64,000 nt of DNA, from the NCBI GenBank assembly GCA_965223415.1, contig OZ245002.1, positions 1,120,001 to 1,184,000 of the forward strand, read 5' to 3'. Both the position numbers and the translations under genes were made by a program. The stretch's first letter is position 1. The number at the start of each line of letters is the position of its first letter. Origin of the DNA: Myxococcota bacterium. Its GTDB lineage: Bacteria; Myxococcota_A; UBA9160; UBA6930. Under the pieces are notes generated by a model. That model made no database searches. It saw only the letters and a program-made list of their open reading frames with translations, and was not told the DNA's origin. Below are positions 1 to 9,282 of the stretch, in pieces.

Positions 1-789
1 AATCGCGTTCTTCGTGGTGTCGTGACCGGCGGTGAAGACGATCAGGTAGTAGCCGAAGGTCTCCATCGGCCCCATCGGCTGGCCGTCGACCTGGCCGCCC
101 GCGAGCACGGTAGCGAGATCGTCCCGGGGATTCGCGCGGCGGTCCTCGATGATCTTGTTGAAGAACTGGAAGAACTCGAGCCCGAGCTCGCGGATCGCCG
201 CGTTCCGGTCCTCCCCGGGGCGTTGGAGCTCCGGATCGTCCGAGCCGAAGAGCTGGTTCGTCATCTCGAGGATGTAGGGCTCGTCCTTCTGCTCGACGCC
301 GAGGATCGTGGAGAGGACGCGCAGCGGGTGGGCGGTCGCCACCTCCATGGCGAAGTCGCACTCGCCTTCGCCGGTGGCGCCGGCCAGCTTGTCCACGGTC
401 TCGCGGGCGCTCCGCTCGACCGCCTCGTCGAGGCGCCCGAGGGCGTTGGGCGTGAACCAGGCGCTCGACACCTTGCGGAAGGTGCGGTGCTCCGGCGGAT
501 CCATCTCGATGATGGTCCGCATCATTCCGAGGCCCTCGCCCTGGTCGCGGAGCTGCTCGCGCTCCTCCTCGATCAACACGATGCCGGGGGCGTTCAGGAA
601 GGTGTCCGGGGCCTTGGAGATGCGGCAGATGTCCGCGTGACGGGTGATCGCCCAGAAGGGCGGATACTTCGCGGGCTCGCACCGATGGATGGGATCCTGC
701 TCCCGGAGCGCCGTCCAGCTCGCGTGGGGATGTCCGTCCGCCTCGTAGGCGGGCGGATCGACCAGATCGAAGCCGTCGGTGAGAGCCAT
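1..789 (-). CDS. Cytochrome P450 (C-terminus runs off the window)
   Basis: Not in the ORF track; manual translation from ATG at 789 gives MALTDGFDLVDPPAYEADGHPH...FWAITRHADI...MDPPEHRTFRK...I-helix FTAGHDTT. GGAGGA RBS upstream. Confidence 0.93.
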   Translation of the reverse strand, partial: MALTDGFDLVDPPAYEADGHPHASWTALREQDPIHRCEPAKYPPFWAITRHADICRISKAPDTFLNAPGIVLIEEEREQLRDQGEGLGMMRTIIEMDPPEHRTFRKVSSAWFTPNALGRLDEAVERSARETVDKLAGATGEGECDFAMEVATAHPLRVLSTILGVEQKDEPYILEMTNQLFGSDDPELQRPGEDRNAAIRELGLEFFQFFNKIIEDRRANPRDDLATVLAGGQVDGQPMGPMETFGYYLIVFTAGHDTTKNAI

Positions 790-800
790 GGATCCTCCTC

Positions 801-1484
801 CTAGAGCTCGATGCCGTGGGGCTTGAACAGGGTCTCCTCTTCGGCGATGCAGGCGGCGAAGCTCGGCCGCTCGTGGATGCGCTCGGCCCAGGCGAGGAGC
901 TGGGGCCAGCGGGCGCCGTCGACCCGTCCGCCCGCGTGGCGCATGTTCACGAGCTGCGTCGCGACGGAGATGTCGGCGATCGAGAACGCCTCGCCGACCA
1001 GGTAGCCGTGGCCCTGGAGCTGGCGCTCGAGGTAGTCGAAGTGGGCCGGCAGGTCCTCGTGCAGGGTCTTGCGGGCGCGATCGACGTCGCGCTCCTTGCC
1101 CATCATCGCGCCCATCACCATCGGCCGGAACATTCCGATTCCGATCGGGCCCGCCAGCACCGAATCGGCGAACTCCTCGTACCAGAGGGCCCGGGCCCGG
1201 GCAAAGGGCTCGCTCGGGTAGAGCGGCGGGTCCGGGTGCATCTGCTCGAGGTAGGCGCAGATGGCCGAGGAGTCGGGGATCGTCCCGGCCTCGCCCTCGG
1301 TGCCGACGCTCCGGTCTCGCAGCACGGGGATACGGCCAGCCGGGTTGATGCGAAGGAAGTCCTCGGACGGCGGGAAGGGCATGACCATCTCGATTTCATA
1401 GGGAACGCCCTTCTCGGCGAGCACCACCTGCACCTTGCGGACGAAGGGCGAGCCCTTGGCGCCCAGGACGACGAGATCGGTCAC
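801..1484 (-). CDS. Glutathione S-transferase family protein
   Basis: SPFVRKV, INPAGRIPVL, DSSAICAYLE and FSIADI motifs. Confidence 0.93.
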   Translation of the reverse strand: MTDLVVLGAKGSPFVRKVQVVLAEKGVPYEIEMVMPFPPSEDFLRINPAGRIPVLRDRSVGTEGEAGTIPDSSAICAYLEQMHPDPPLYPSEPFARARALWYEEFADSVLAGPIGIGMFRPMVMGAMMGKERDVDRARKTLHEDLPAHFDYLERQLQGHGYLVGEAFSIADISVATQLVNMRHAGGRVDGARWPQLLAWAERIHERPSFAACIAEEETLFKPHGIEL

Positions 1485-1519
1485 GGGTCTTCCTCCTCGT
1501 AGGGGCCGGGGAGTCTACG

Positions 1520-2800
1520 TCAATTCTGGTCTTCGAACGCGTCCCGGCCGACCTCGCTCACCTTCTCGAAGCGCTCGCGCTGCTCCGGCGTCAGCGCCGA
1601 CTGATCCGTGATCTGGCGGCCCAGGGCCGGGAAGGTCGGGATCTCGTCGTCGGCGAGCTCCTTCATCCGCACCTTCCGCTCCATGGCCGCCTCCAGGTAG
1701 GGCGCCAGCTCCTCCATCTTCGCCCGCTGGCGCGCCTCTTCCTCTTCCTTGAACTCGGGCAGCACGCGATCGGCGAAGAGCTCGAGGGACTCGCAGATGT
1801 GCTCGTGGCGGTTGCGCCCGCCCTGCTGGATGAAGGTCACCTGGTCCACCCCGGCGTCGGAGAAGGCGCGCAGGTGGGTACGCAGCTCGTCGGGAGTGCC
1901 AATGCCCCGGTCGGCGCCATCGTCGGGCAGCATGGGCCGGGCCTTCTCGAAGGCCCTCCAGATGTCGGTTCGGCCGGGCTTGTGCTCGCCGAAGATGTAG
2001 TGGTGACCGAGGCCGAAGCCGAAGAAGCGGAAGCCGTCCTGGCCGCGGCGCTTGGCTTCATCCGCGTTCTCGTGTACCGAGAAGCCGGTGACCATCGCGA
2101 TGTTCGGGTTGATCGCGTGGCCGATTGGCACGCATTCCTCCTTGAGGATGCGGTAGTAATCGTCGACCCACTTCTTGGCCTCCGCCGTGTCGACGAAGGC
2201 GAAGGTGAGGGCGCCGATGCCCAGCCGGGCCGCGAGCTTGATCGTCTCCCGGTTCGAGCAGGCCACCCACAGCGGCGGATGCGGCTTCTGGACCGGCTTG
2301 GGCACGACGTTGCGGCAGGGCATCTCGAAGTAGCGGCCCTGGTAGCCCGGGTAGGGGTCCATGACCATCATGTTCGCGATCTGCTCGGTCGCCTCCCGCC
2401 AGGCCTCGCGCTTCGTGGCGACGTCGACCTGGAAGCCGCCGAGCTCGAGAATGGCCGAGGACTCCCCCGTGCCGAACTCGACACGGCCGTCGGACACCAG
2501 GTCGAGAGTGGCGATGCGCTCGGCCACCCGCGCCGGATGGTTATAGCCCGGTGGCGTCTGCACGATGCCGTGGCCCAGGCGGATGCGCTTCGTGCGCTGG
2601 GAGCAGGCGGCGAGGAAGACCTCCGGAGCGGAGGAGTGGGAGTACTCCTCCAGGAAGTGGTGCTCCACCTCCCAGGCGAAGTCGATGCCGATGCGATCCG
2701 CCAGCTCGACCTGGTCGAGGGCCTCCTGGAACAGTCGGTGCTCGTCGCCCTCGTTCCAAGGCCGCGGCAGCTGGTGTTCGTAGAAGATCCCGAACTTCAT
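1520..2800 (-). CDS. LLM-class (luciferase-like) flavin-dependent oxidoreductase
   Basis: MKFGIFYE start after AAGGAG RBS; EHHF, RIATLDLVSDGRVEFGTG, PKPVQKPHPPLW. The longer ORF-track extension overlaps the divergent gene. Confidence 0.93.
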   Translation of the reverse strand: MKFGIFYEHQLPRPWNEGDEHRLFQEALDQVELADRIGIDFAWEVEHHFLEEYSHSSAPEVFLAACSQRTKRIRLGHGIVQTPPGYNHPARVAERIATLDLVSDGRVEFGTGESSAILELGGFQVDVATKREAWREATEQIANMMVMDPYPGYQGRYFEMPCRNVVPKPVQKPHPPLWVACSNRETIKLAARLGIGALTFAFVDTAEAKKWVDDYYRILKEECVPIGHAINPNIAMVTGFSVHENADEAKRRGQDGFRFFGFGLGHHYIFGEHKPGRTDIWRAFEKARPMLPDDGADRGIGTPDELRTHLRAFSDAGVDQVTFIQQGGRNRHEHICESLELFADRVLPEFKEEEEARQRAKMEELAPYLEAAMERKVRMKELADDEIPTFPALGRQITDQSALTPEQRERFEKVSEVGRDAFEDQN

Positions 2801-2938
2801 CGTGGCTCCTTCGCTCGTGATGCGCGAGGCGGAGCCTAGCTCGCTCCCCCCGGGGGATCCCCGGGCGACCGCGGGAAATGAGGCTTTTCGAGGAACCCGG
2901 ACCTGCCGATGCAGGGGAGCACCTTTCTCGGGAATCCG

Positions 2939-4807
2939 ATGACCGCCGCCGACCCATCCGATACCGCGGCCCAGGAGCCGGCCCTGGCCGTTCTCCTGGT
3001 CGAAGCCGACCGCATCGCTGCGGAACGACTGTTCGCCGTGCTGGGCGAGGCGCCGACCGGCCGCTTCGAGATCACCCACGTCGCGCGCATCGAGGAAGGT
3101 CTTCACAAGCTCCACGAGGCCCACTTCGACGTAATGCTGCTGGACCTCGCCATCGAGGAAGGCGCGGGCCTCGAATCGCTGTACCGCGCCCGGGTCGCGG
3201 CGGAGGCGGTGCCGATCGTCCTCCTCACCTACCAGGGCGACGCGGACCTGGCCCTGCGCGCAACCCGCGCGGGAGCCCACGACGTGCTCATCAAGGGCGA
3301 GGCGACGCCGGCTCTGATCGCCCGCAGCCTCGTCCACGCCGTGGAGCGCCACCGCATGATGGCGCAGCTTCGCGATGCGAAGCAGCGCCACTGGTTCCTG
3401 GCGAACCACGACCCCCTCACCTCCCTCCAGAACCGGACGGCCTTGCGCGAATCGGCGCGCGGCGCCCTGGCTCGCGCCCGGCGCCGCGGCGAGCGCCTCG
3501 CGGTCCTGTTCCTGGACCTCGACGGATTCAAGCCCGTCAACGACAACCTCGGCCACGCCACCGGGGACGAGCTGCTGACCGACGTGGCCCAGCGCTTGCG
3601 GCGCATCCGTCCCAAACGCGACGTGGTGGCCCGCATCGGCGGCGACGAGTTCGTGGTCGTGGCGATGGGCGTCGTCGACCGCGAAGCCGCGATCCGGCTG
3701 GCCGAGGACCTCCGCGACGAGATCGAGAAGCCCTACCACGTCGGCGGCGTCGAGTGCTTCATCAGCGCCAGCCTCGGCGTCGCGCTCTTTCCGGAAGACG
3801 GCAACGACGCCGACGAGCTGATCCGACGCGCCGATACCGCCATGTACGTCGCGAAGGGCGCCGGCCGCAACGCCGTCCGCTGCTTCGAGCCGGCGATGGA
3901 CGAGGAGACCCACGCGCGCTTCGAGATGGTGAACGGCCTTCGCGAGGCGATCCGCGCCGGCCAGCTCGTGCTCGATTTCCAGCCCCAGATCGACGCGGCC
4001 CAGGAGCGCATCGTCGGGGCCGAGACCCTGGTGCGCTGGCAGCATCCGACCCGCGGCATCGTGGCGCCCGGCGAGTTCATCGGCGTGGCCGAGGACACGG
4101 GGATGATGGTCGGCCTGGGCGAGTGGATCCTGCGCACCGCCTGTGCCGCCGCCGCGAGCTGGACGGAGCTGTCGGACATCCGCCTCGCCGTGAACATCTC
4201 CGGCCGCCAGCTGGAGCAGCGCGACTTCACACGCCGGGTCCGGGCGATCCTCGACGAGACCGGCCTGCCCCCGGGACGCCTCGAGCTCGAGCTGACCGAA
4301 TCCGTCGCTGCCCAGGATTCGGCCATGAAGGCCCTCGCCGGTCTGCGCGAGGCAGGCGTGCGCGTGGCGATCGACGATTTCGGAACCGGCTACTCCTCCC
4401 TCACCCTGCTGAAGCAGCTCCCCGCCGACCTCCTCAAGATCGACCAGTCCTTCGTCCACGACGCGGTCTCCCGGGATTCCGGCGCGCTGATCCTCGACGC
4501 GATCCTGCGCATCGCCCGCGGCCTCGGTCTCGACGTGATCGCGGAGGGCGTCGAGACGCTGGAAGAGATGGACCTGCTGCTCGGCCTGGGCTGCGTCCAG
4601 ATGCAGGGCTACCTGCTCGGCAAGCCCACCGCGAAGAACGACTTCGAGGCCAGCGTCAGCGCGCCCGACGCGCTCTGGCGCCTCCCGATCGAGCGGCCGG
4701 AGGCCTGGTCGCCCCCGTCCCGGGAGGAGCTCCTGACGAGCGTTTCGAACCCGGACCCGCTGGAGCCGGAGATGCTCGACGACGACGCCCTGCCGGTGCT
4801 CAAGTAG
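2939..4807 (+). CDS. Response regulator with GGDEF and EAL domains
   Basis: REC (VLLVE...LLDL), [50 protein letters not shown]. Start may be 2909. Confidence 0.92.
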   Translation: MTAADPSDTAAQEPALAVLLVEADRIAAERLFAVLGEAPTGRFEITHVARIEEGLHKLHEAHFDVMLLDLAIEEGAGLESLYRARVAAEAVPIVLLTYQGDADLALRATRAGAHDVLIKGEATPALIARSLVHAVERHRMMAQLRDAKQRHWFLANHDPLTSLQNRTALRESARGALARARRRGERLAVLFLDLDGFKPVNDNLGHATGDELLTDVAQRLRRIRPKRDVVARIGGDEFVVVAMGVVDREAAIRLAEDLRDEIEKPYHVGGVECFISASLGVALFPEDGNDADELIRRADTAMYVAKGAGRNAVRCFEPAMDEETHARFEMVNGLREAIRAGQLVLDFQPQIDAAQERIVGAETLVRWQHPTRGIVAPGEFIGVAEDTGMMVGLGEWILRTACAAAASWTELSDIRLAVNISGRQLEQRDFTRRVRAILDETGLPPGRLELELTESVAAQDSAMKALAGLREAGVRVAIDDFGTGYSSLTLLKQLPADLLKIDQSFVHDAVSRDSGALILDAILRIARGLGLDVIAEGVETLEEMDLLLGLGCVQMQGYLLGKPTAKNDFEASVSAPDALWRLPIERPEAWSPPSREELLTSVSNPDPLEPEMLDDDALPVLK

Positions 4808-4813
4808 CGACGC

Positions 4814-5635
4814 CTAGCGTCCCCGAAACTGCGGCTTGCGCTTCTCCACGAACGCGCGCACGGCTTCGCGGTGGTCCTCGGTCCCCGCCGATCGCACCAC
4901 GCCCTCCGCCTCCGCAGCGAGGCACGCCGGCAGGTCTTCCCGAAGCGCCCGGTCGAGGTTGGCCTTCATCAGGCCGTAGGCGACGGTCGGCCCCTGGCCG
5001 AGACGGCGCGCCCAGGCGAGGGCCTCGCTCCCGAGCTCCGCGTCGGGAACGACGCGGTTGGTGATGCCCAGGCGTTCGCAGGTGGCGGCGTCGATGCGCT
5101 CGGCGCCGAAGAAGAGCTCTCGCGCCTTCGCGGTGCCGACGAGCTGGGTGAGGAAGAAGCTCGCCCCGTAGTCGCCGGAGAGCCCGACGTTCGCGAAGCC
5201 GGTCGTCACGAAGGCGCTCTCGGCCATGATGCGCAGATCGCAGGCCAGGGCGATGGAGAGCCCGGCCCCGGCGGCCGGGCCGGGGAGTGCGGCGAGGGTC
5301 GGCTGCGGCAGGGCGTAGAGAGCACCGGTGAGCGCCAGCTGCCGGCGGGTCTGGTCGGCGATCACCTCCTCGCGGGAAGGCGGCGGGGCTGGGCGGGAGC
5401 CACGGCCCCCCATCCCCTTCACGTCGCCGCCGGCGCAGAAGGCCGTGCCCGCGCCGGTGACGAGGACGGCGCGCACCCGCGCATCGTCCCGCAGCTCGCC
5501 CAGCAACGTCCGCAGCGCCGGGCTCAGGCGGTCCGAGAGCGCGTTCCGCGCATGGGGACGGTTCAACGTGAGGACGGCGACGCAGTCCTCGACGTGGGCG
5601 AGTAGCTCTTCGGTCCCGGTCTCGAGCGTCTCCAT
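4814..5635 (-). CDS. Enoyl-CoA hydratase/isomerase (crotonase) family protein
   Basis: LTLNRPHARNAL, AFCAGGDVK, GAGLSIALACDLR, EAVRAFVEKRKPQF. Confidence 0.93.
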   Translation of the reverse strand: METLETGTEELLAHVEDCVAVLTLNRPHARNALSDRLSPALRTLLGELRDDARVRAVLVTGAGTAFCAGGDVKGMGGRGSRPAPPPSREEVIADQTRRQLALTGALYALPQPTLAALPGPAAGAGLSIALACDLRIMAESAFVTTGFANVGLSGDYGASFFLTQLVGTAKARELFFGAERIDAATCERLGITNRVVPDAELGSEALAWARRLGQGPTVAYGLMKANLDRALREDLPACLAAEAEGVVRSAGTEDHREAVRAFVEKRKPQFRGR

Positions 5636-5819
5636 GCACAGACCCATAGCCCGCCTCTGCGGCGCACAGCGAGCCCCTTGGGCGGCAGGGCCTCACCAGA
5701 GGCGCGCTGGGGATCACGATCGGATCGACGTGATCGGGCGGTTCGAGGTAGCGGGGGCCTCCCGGGCCTCCGTCGGGGCGGCCCGTCGTTTCGGTGCGCG
5801 AAGCGCCGCAGTGTCGAAA

Positions 5820-6120
5820 GGCGGTCGATCCGTGTGATGAGCCGACCCCCTGAGTTCCCGACGGCTGCGTCCCTCGGAGCCCACTTCACGTCCACCTGGC
5901 CGAGGCGGACGCCATGGGTGGGTCGTCGTTCTCCGCGCCGGATTGGAAGCTCCCGGGTCCGGGAGGATTCCCCGCTCTGTCAGCGGCTGCTTCGCAGCCA
6001 CCGCTCGCTCGCGGTCCGTCGACGTGAAGCCCCTGGGCGCGCGCACCATGTGCCGCCGACGGCTGCGAGACCTCGCTCTCCCGTGCCGCCCCGTCGGGCT
6101 CCGTCTTCAACCTACACCCG
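5820..6120. ncRNA. Candidate structured non-coding element, family unassigned
   Basis: Intergenic region with nested long-range complementary segments (5876-5882/6096-6102; 5884-5895/6018-6029; 5857-5864/6091-6098) and internal hairpins. No known RNA family recognised. Confidence 0.35.
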
Positions 6121-6182
6121 CCGCGATCGCGCGGGCAAGCGAAAACGAAGCGACCGCGCGTTCAGGGGTGCAACGTCACACC

Positions 6183-8009
6183 TCAGTTCACGTCGAGGAA
6201 CAGCGAGATGAACTCCCCGGCCCGCGAGACCTCGACGGGAGTCGTCGTCAGGCCCAGCAGGCTCGGAATCGGGAACGAACCGAACGAATCCGCCAGGGAC
6301 GGCAGCGCCGTGTCGAGCGTGAATCCCAGCACGCTGGCCAGCACCGTCTCGTTCGTGTTGATGCGGTTGTCGATGATGTCGATGTGGATGCTTCCCGGCG
6401 CCACGCTGCCGATCGTCACGGCCAGCTCCCCTGCCACGAAGGCGAAGTCGAGACCGACCTGGGCATCGACGACCACCTCGACCAGCGGGACGTTGGTGCT
6501 CACCGGCTTCATCTTGATCACAAGGTGCGGCACGTGCATGAGCGCCAGCTCGCCGGCGGGCCCGGGGGCCCCGGTCACGAAGGGCGCCGCCCCCGGCTCG
6601 AGAACCAGCTCGATCAGCTCCGCCGGATCGAAGGCCGCCAGCTCGGGCACGAAGACCGAGAGCAGCCCGGCGGTGAGGGTCGTGGGACCGGCGCCCAGGT
6701 CCAGCTCGGTGATCGCGCCGGCGAGCAGCCCGCTCTCCACCTCCGCCTTCAGCAGCTGGTTGAAGGCGGACGTCCCGATGCACAGTCCCAGGCCGTAGGG
6801 CAGGCCGCTCACCGGCGTTGTCGTGCCGAAGACCGGAAAGACCTCGTCGATGTGGTAGGAGGCCGCGAGGTCCGGTGCGCTCCCGACGGGCATCGACGCG
6901 GTGATGCGCGCATCGGTTCCGATGGTGAGGCCGTTCGGATCCTCGTCGAGGGCGAAGTGGGGAGCCTCGAGGTTCACGCCGATCTGGGTGCCGATCGTGC
7001 CGTCGAGATCGAGGCCCGAGGTCGCGGTCTCGATGGCGTCAGCGATCGGGCCGTCCGCCGGGCCGGCACCGTCGGGATCCGTGAGGAAGGCCTGGAAGCC
7101 CTGGGTCACGTCGTCCTGGAGGTCCCCGATGATCAGCTGGATGATGTCGCCGATGATCAGCACGTCGCAGATGCCGCTCGTGAAGGTCTGGTTGAAGCCG
7201 GAGAAGCTGACGCCGATCGAGGTCTGGTTGACGTCCACGTTGGAGGGATCGACCGGATCCGGCTCCACCTCGTAGGTGCCGGGGAGATCGGTCTGGTTCG
7301 CCGTGAGGCGCACGCCGCAGGTCGGCACCAGGCCGGAGCCGTTGATGTGGATGTTGATCTCGAGGTCGAAGATCGAGACGGTGCCGGTCATCGCGTCGGT
7401 GATGGGCACGATGTCGAGGGCGAAACCGGAGATCGAGGGCGCGGGGCTCGCGACGGTGGTGGTGGACGACCCGAGACACGCGCCGAAGAGTGGATCGACG
7501 ATCTTGCAGCCGCTGTCGAGGACGGAGCCGACCGGAACGAGGGTCGCCGGGTCGAGCACGAAGAGGCTCGCCATCACCGGCTCCATGGCGTCGAGGCCCA
7601 CATCGGTGATGCGCATGGCCATGGCTTCGAGGGAGAAGTCGCCGTCCAGCACGGAATCCGCAGCGAACACGGTGATCCGCTCCCGGTAGTGGCCTCCCGA
7701 GACGGCCGAGACGACGATCGGGTTGACGATCGCCACCGGGTCGAGGGTGACGCTCGTGGACCAGGTGCCGTCCGGGTTGACCGGTACCGACACGCCGTCC
7801 ACCGTCAGCGACGGACTCTTCGGGTTGGTGATGCGCCCGGAGACCGTGATCGAGCCGGCCGTCGTGAAGGTGCCGTTCGGCGGCGACTCCACGATGAGGT
7901 TGGAGGACGGCGCGCAGGTCATGCCGAGGCTCAAGATCGCCAACAGGCCGAGGGCCGCAGCGGGCGCGAGACGAAGCGAGCGGGGGTCACGGGCGGGCTG
8001 AGGGCGCAT
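6183..8009 (-). CDS. Secreted (possibly lipo)protein with N-terminal Ig-like domain and putative BPI/LBP (TULIP)-like fold
   Basis: Basic then hydrophobic signal peptide ending ...LGMTC; MRITDVGLD, IGTSAFNQLL...GLL and terminal SFPIP...EFISLFLD resemble BPI/LBP motifs. AGGAGGAG RBS. Confidence 0.6.
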   Translation of the reverse strand: MRPQPARDPRSLRLAPAAALGLLAILSLGMTCAPSSNLIVESPPNGTFTTAGSITVSGRITNPKSPSLTVDGVSVPVNPDGTWSTSVTLDPVAIVNPIVVSAVSGGHYRERITVFAADSVLDGDFSLEAMAMRITDVGLDAMEPVMASLFVLDPATLVPVGSVLDSGCKIVDPLFGACLGSSTTTVASPAPSISGFALDIVPITDAMTGTVSIFDLEINIHINGSGLVPTCGVRLTANQTDLPGTYEVEPDPVDPSNVDVNQTSIGVSFSGFNQTFTSGICDVLIIGDIIQLIIGDLQDDVTQGFQAFLTDPDGAGPADGPIADAIETATSGLDLDGTIGTQIGVNLEAPHFALDEDPNGLTIGTDARITASMPVGSAPDLAASYHIDEVFPVFGTTTPVSGLPYGLGLCIGTSAFNQLLKAEVESGLLAGAITELDLGAGPTTLTAGLLSVFVPELAAFDPAELIELVLEPGAAPFVTGAPGPAGELALMHVPHLVIKMKPVSTNVPLVEVVVDAQVGLDFAFVAGELAVTIGSVAPGSIHIDIIDNRINTNETVLASVLGFTLDTALPSLADSFGSFPIPSLLGLTTTPVEVSRAGEFISLFLDVN

Positions 8010-8040
8010 GCTCTCCTCCTTGTGGGCTGAACGAGGGTTA

Positions 8041-8056
8041 AGCAAGCCCGGTGCCA
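8041..8056 (-). promoter_or_regulatory. Sigma54 -24/-12 promoter of the 6183-8009 gene
   Basis: TGGCACCGGGCTTGCT matches TGGCAC-N5-TTGCW, about 30 nt upstream of the ATG. Confidence 0.85.
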
Positions 8057-8127
8057 GCTGAGTGCGCAGAGAGCCCTTCGATTCCGAGGAGTTACGTGCC
8101 CTTTCCCGGCGGCCGGCGGCTCCGATG

Positions 8128-8161
8128 GGAACGCGCGTTCCACGAGTGGAACACGCTTTCC
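8128..8161. promoter_or_regulatory. Tandem palindromic sites, putative enhancer (UAS) for a sigma54 activator
   Basis: Perfect palindrome GGAACGCGCGTTCC (8128-8141) and near-copy GGAACACGCTTTCC (8148-8161), 70-105 nt upstream of the -24 element. Confidence 0.6.
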
Positions 8162-8162
8162 C

Positions 8163-9263
8163 CTACAGTTCGGCGAAGGGGACGACCCGCGTGTCCACCG
8201 GCGGATGCTCGGCCGCCCCGATCCAGCGGAAGAGCATGCCGCCCTCCCGGTGTCCCGCCGTCTCCAGCCGGTTCGGCCAGGCCGGGCCGGGATCCCGATG
8301 GGAGAGCACGATGCGCACGGAGCCGTCGGGCTCGAGGTGGGCGCTGTGCTGGTTCAGGTGGATGCGGTGGTAGCGGTAGTCGAGAGACTCCATCCAGTAG
8401 TTGCTCACCTGGAAGTTCCACGCCTCGCACGCGGGGATGCGCCGGGCCTCCACCACCAACGCCTCGTCCGGCTCGAGACGCCAATAGCTCTGCAGGTAGT
8501 GGATGTTCGCGTCGCCCCCCGCCTGCTGGCACTTCGCCTGGTCGTCGGAAGGGAGCTGGTTGATGTGGTTCGAGTAGTCCTGCATCCAGTCGGCGAACTT
8601 GTTGGCGGTGCCCGCGACGAAGGCGACCACGCGCTCGAGGGTGGCCTCGAGCTCGCCGGGATCGAGGGCGTCGTCCTCGGCGGCGCCGACTCGCTCGATG
8701 CGCAGGCGGGCCGGCTCTTCACCGGCGCGGTCGGCGAAGGTCTGCCGCACGATCAGCATCCGCGTCTCCGCCGTCATGGGCAGCCAGTTCCCGGGCCGGG
8801 GCTCGCAGGAGACGGCGATCTCGAAGCGCCCGTCGTCGTCGACCTCGAGAGCGTCCGCGTCGATCTGTCCGGTGGGCTCGAGATCGCCGCTCGTCCCGTA
8901 GCCGCCGGCCTTGGTGCCGAAGCTCAGATAGGGAACGGTGCCGCGCTGGCCGGCGATGCGGTACTCGTAGCGCCCGTTGATGGTGCAGTTCTGGTAGAAG
9001 TTGTCCGGGTTGTCGTTGCCGATCTTGATCGTCTCGTTCGCGAGCTGGTAGAAGCCGGGGAAGCGCGCGTCGCCCAGCTCGAGCTGGCTCTCGAGACCGG
9101 CCCGCAGGAGCCGCGTCAGGTAGCGGAAGCCCTCCGCCCGATCGAAGGGGGTGTGGGGCGTCTCCTCCCGCAGCACGACGTCTCCGGCCGCCTTGAGGCG
9201 ATCGCAGAAGGCGTGCCAGGCGCGGCCGTCGACCACACGCTGCTCGGCTTCACTCCATCCCAT
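8163..9263 (-). CDS. DUF1214-like conserved protein
   Basis: RAEGFRYLTRLL, DNPDNFY, WMESLDYRY, DGSVRIVLSHRDPG motifs. Confidence 0.75.
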   Translation of the reverse strand: MGWSEAEQRVVDGRAWHAFCDRLKAAGDVVLREETPHTPFDRAEGFRYLTRLLRAGLESQLELGDARFPGFYQLANETIKIGNDNPDNFYQNCTINGRYEYRIAGQRGTVPYLSFGTKAGGYGTSGDLEPTGQIDADALEVDDDGRFEIAVSCEPRPGNWLPMTAETRMLIVRQTFADRAGEEPARLRIERVGAAEDDALDPGELEATLERVVAFVAGTANKFADWMQDYSNHINQLPSDDQAKCQQAGGDANIHYLQSYWRLEPDEALVVEARRIPACEAWNFQVSNYWMESLDYRYHRIHLNQHSAHLEPDGSVRIVLSHRDPGPAWPNRLETAGHREGGMLFRWIGAAEHPPVDTRVVPFAEL

Positions 9264-9282
9264 GGTCGGATCCTCCGCTCGG

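Noticed and set aside
22..804. 260-aa plus-strand ORF
   Set aside because: Shadow of the minus-strand P450.
2801..4459. N-terminal extension of the LLM oxidoreductase ORF (979 aa in the track)
   Set aside because: Antisense to the GGDEF-EAL gene; a good RBS and family start lie at 2800.
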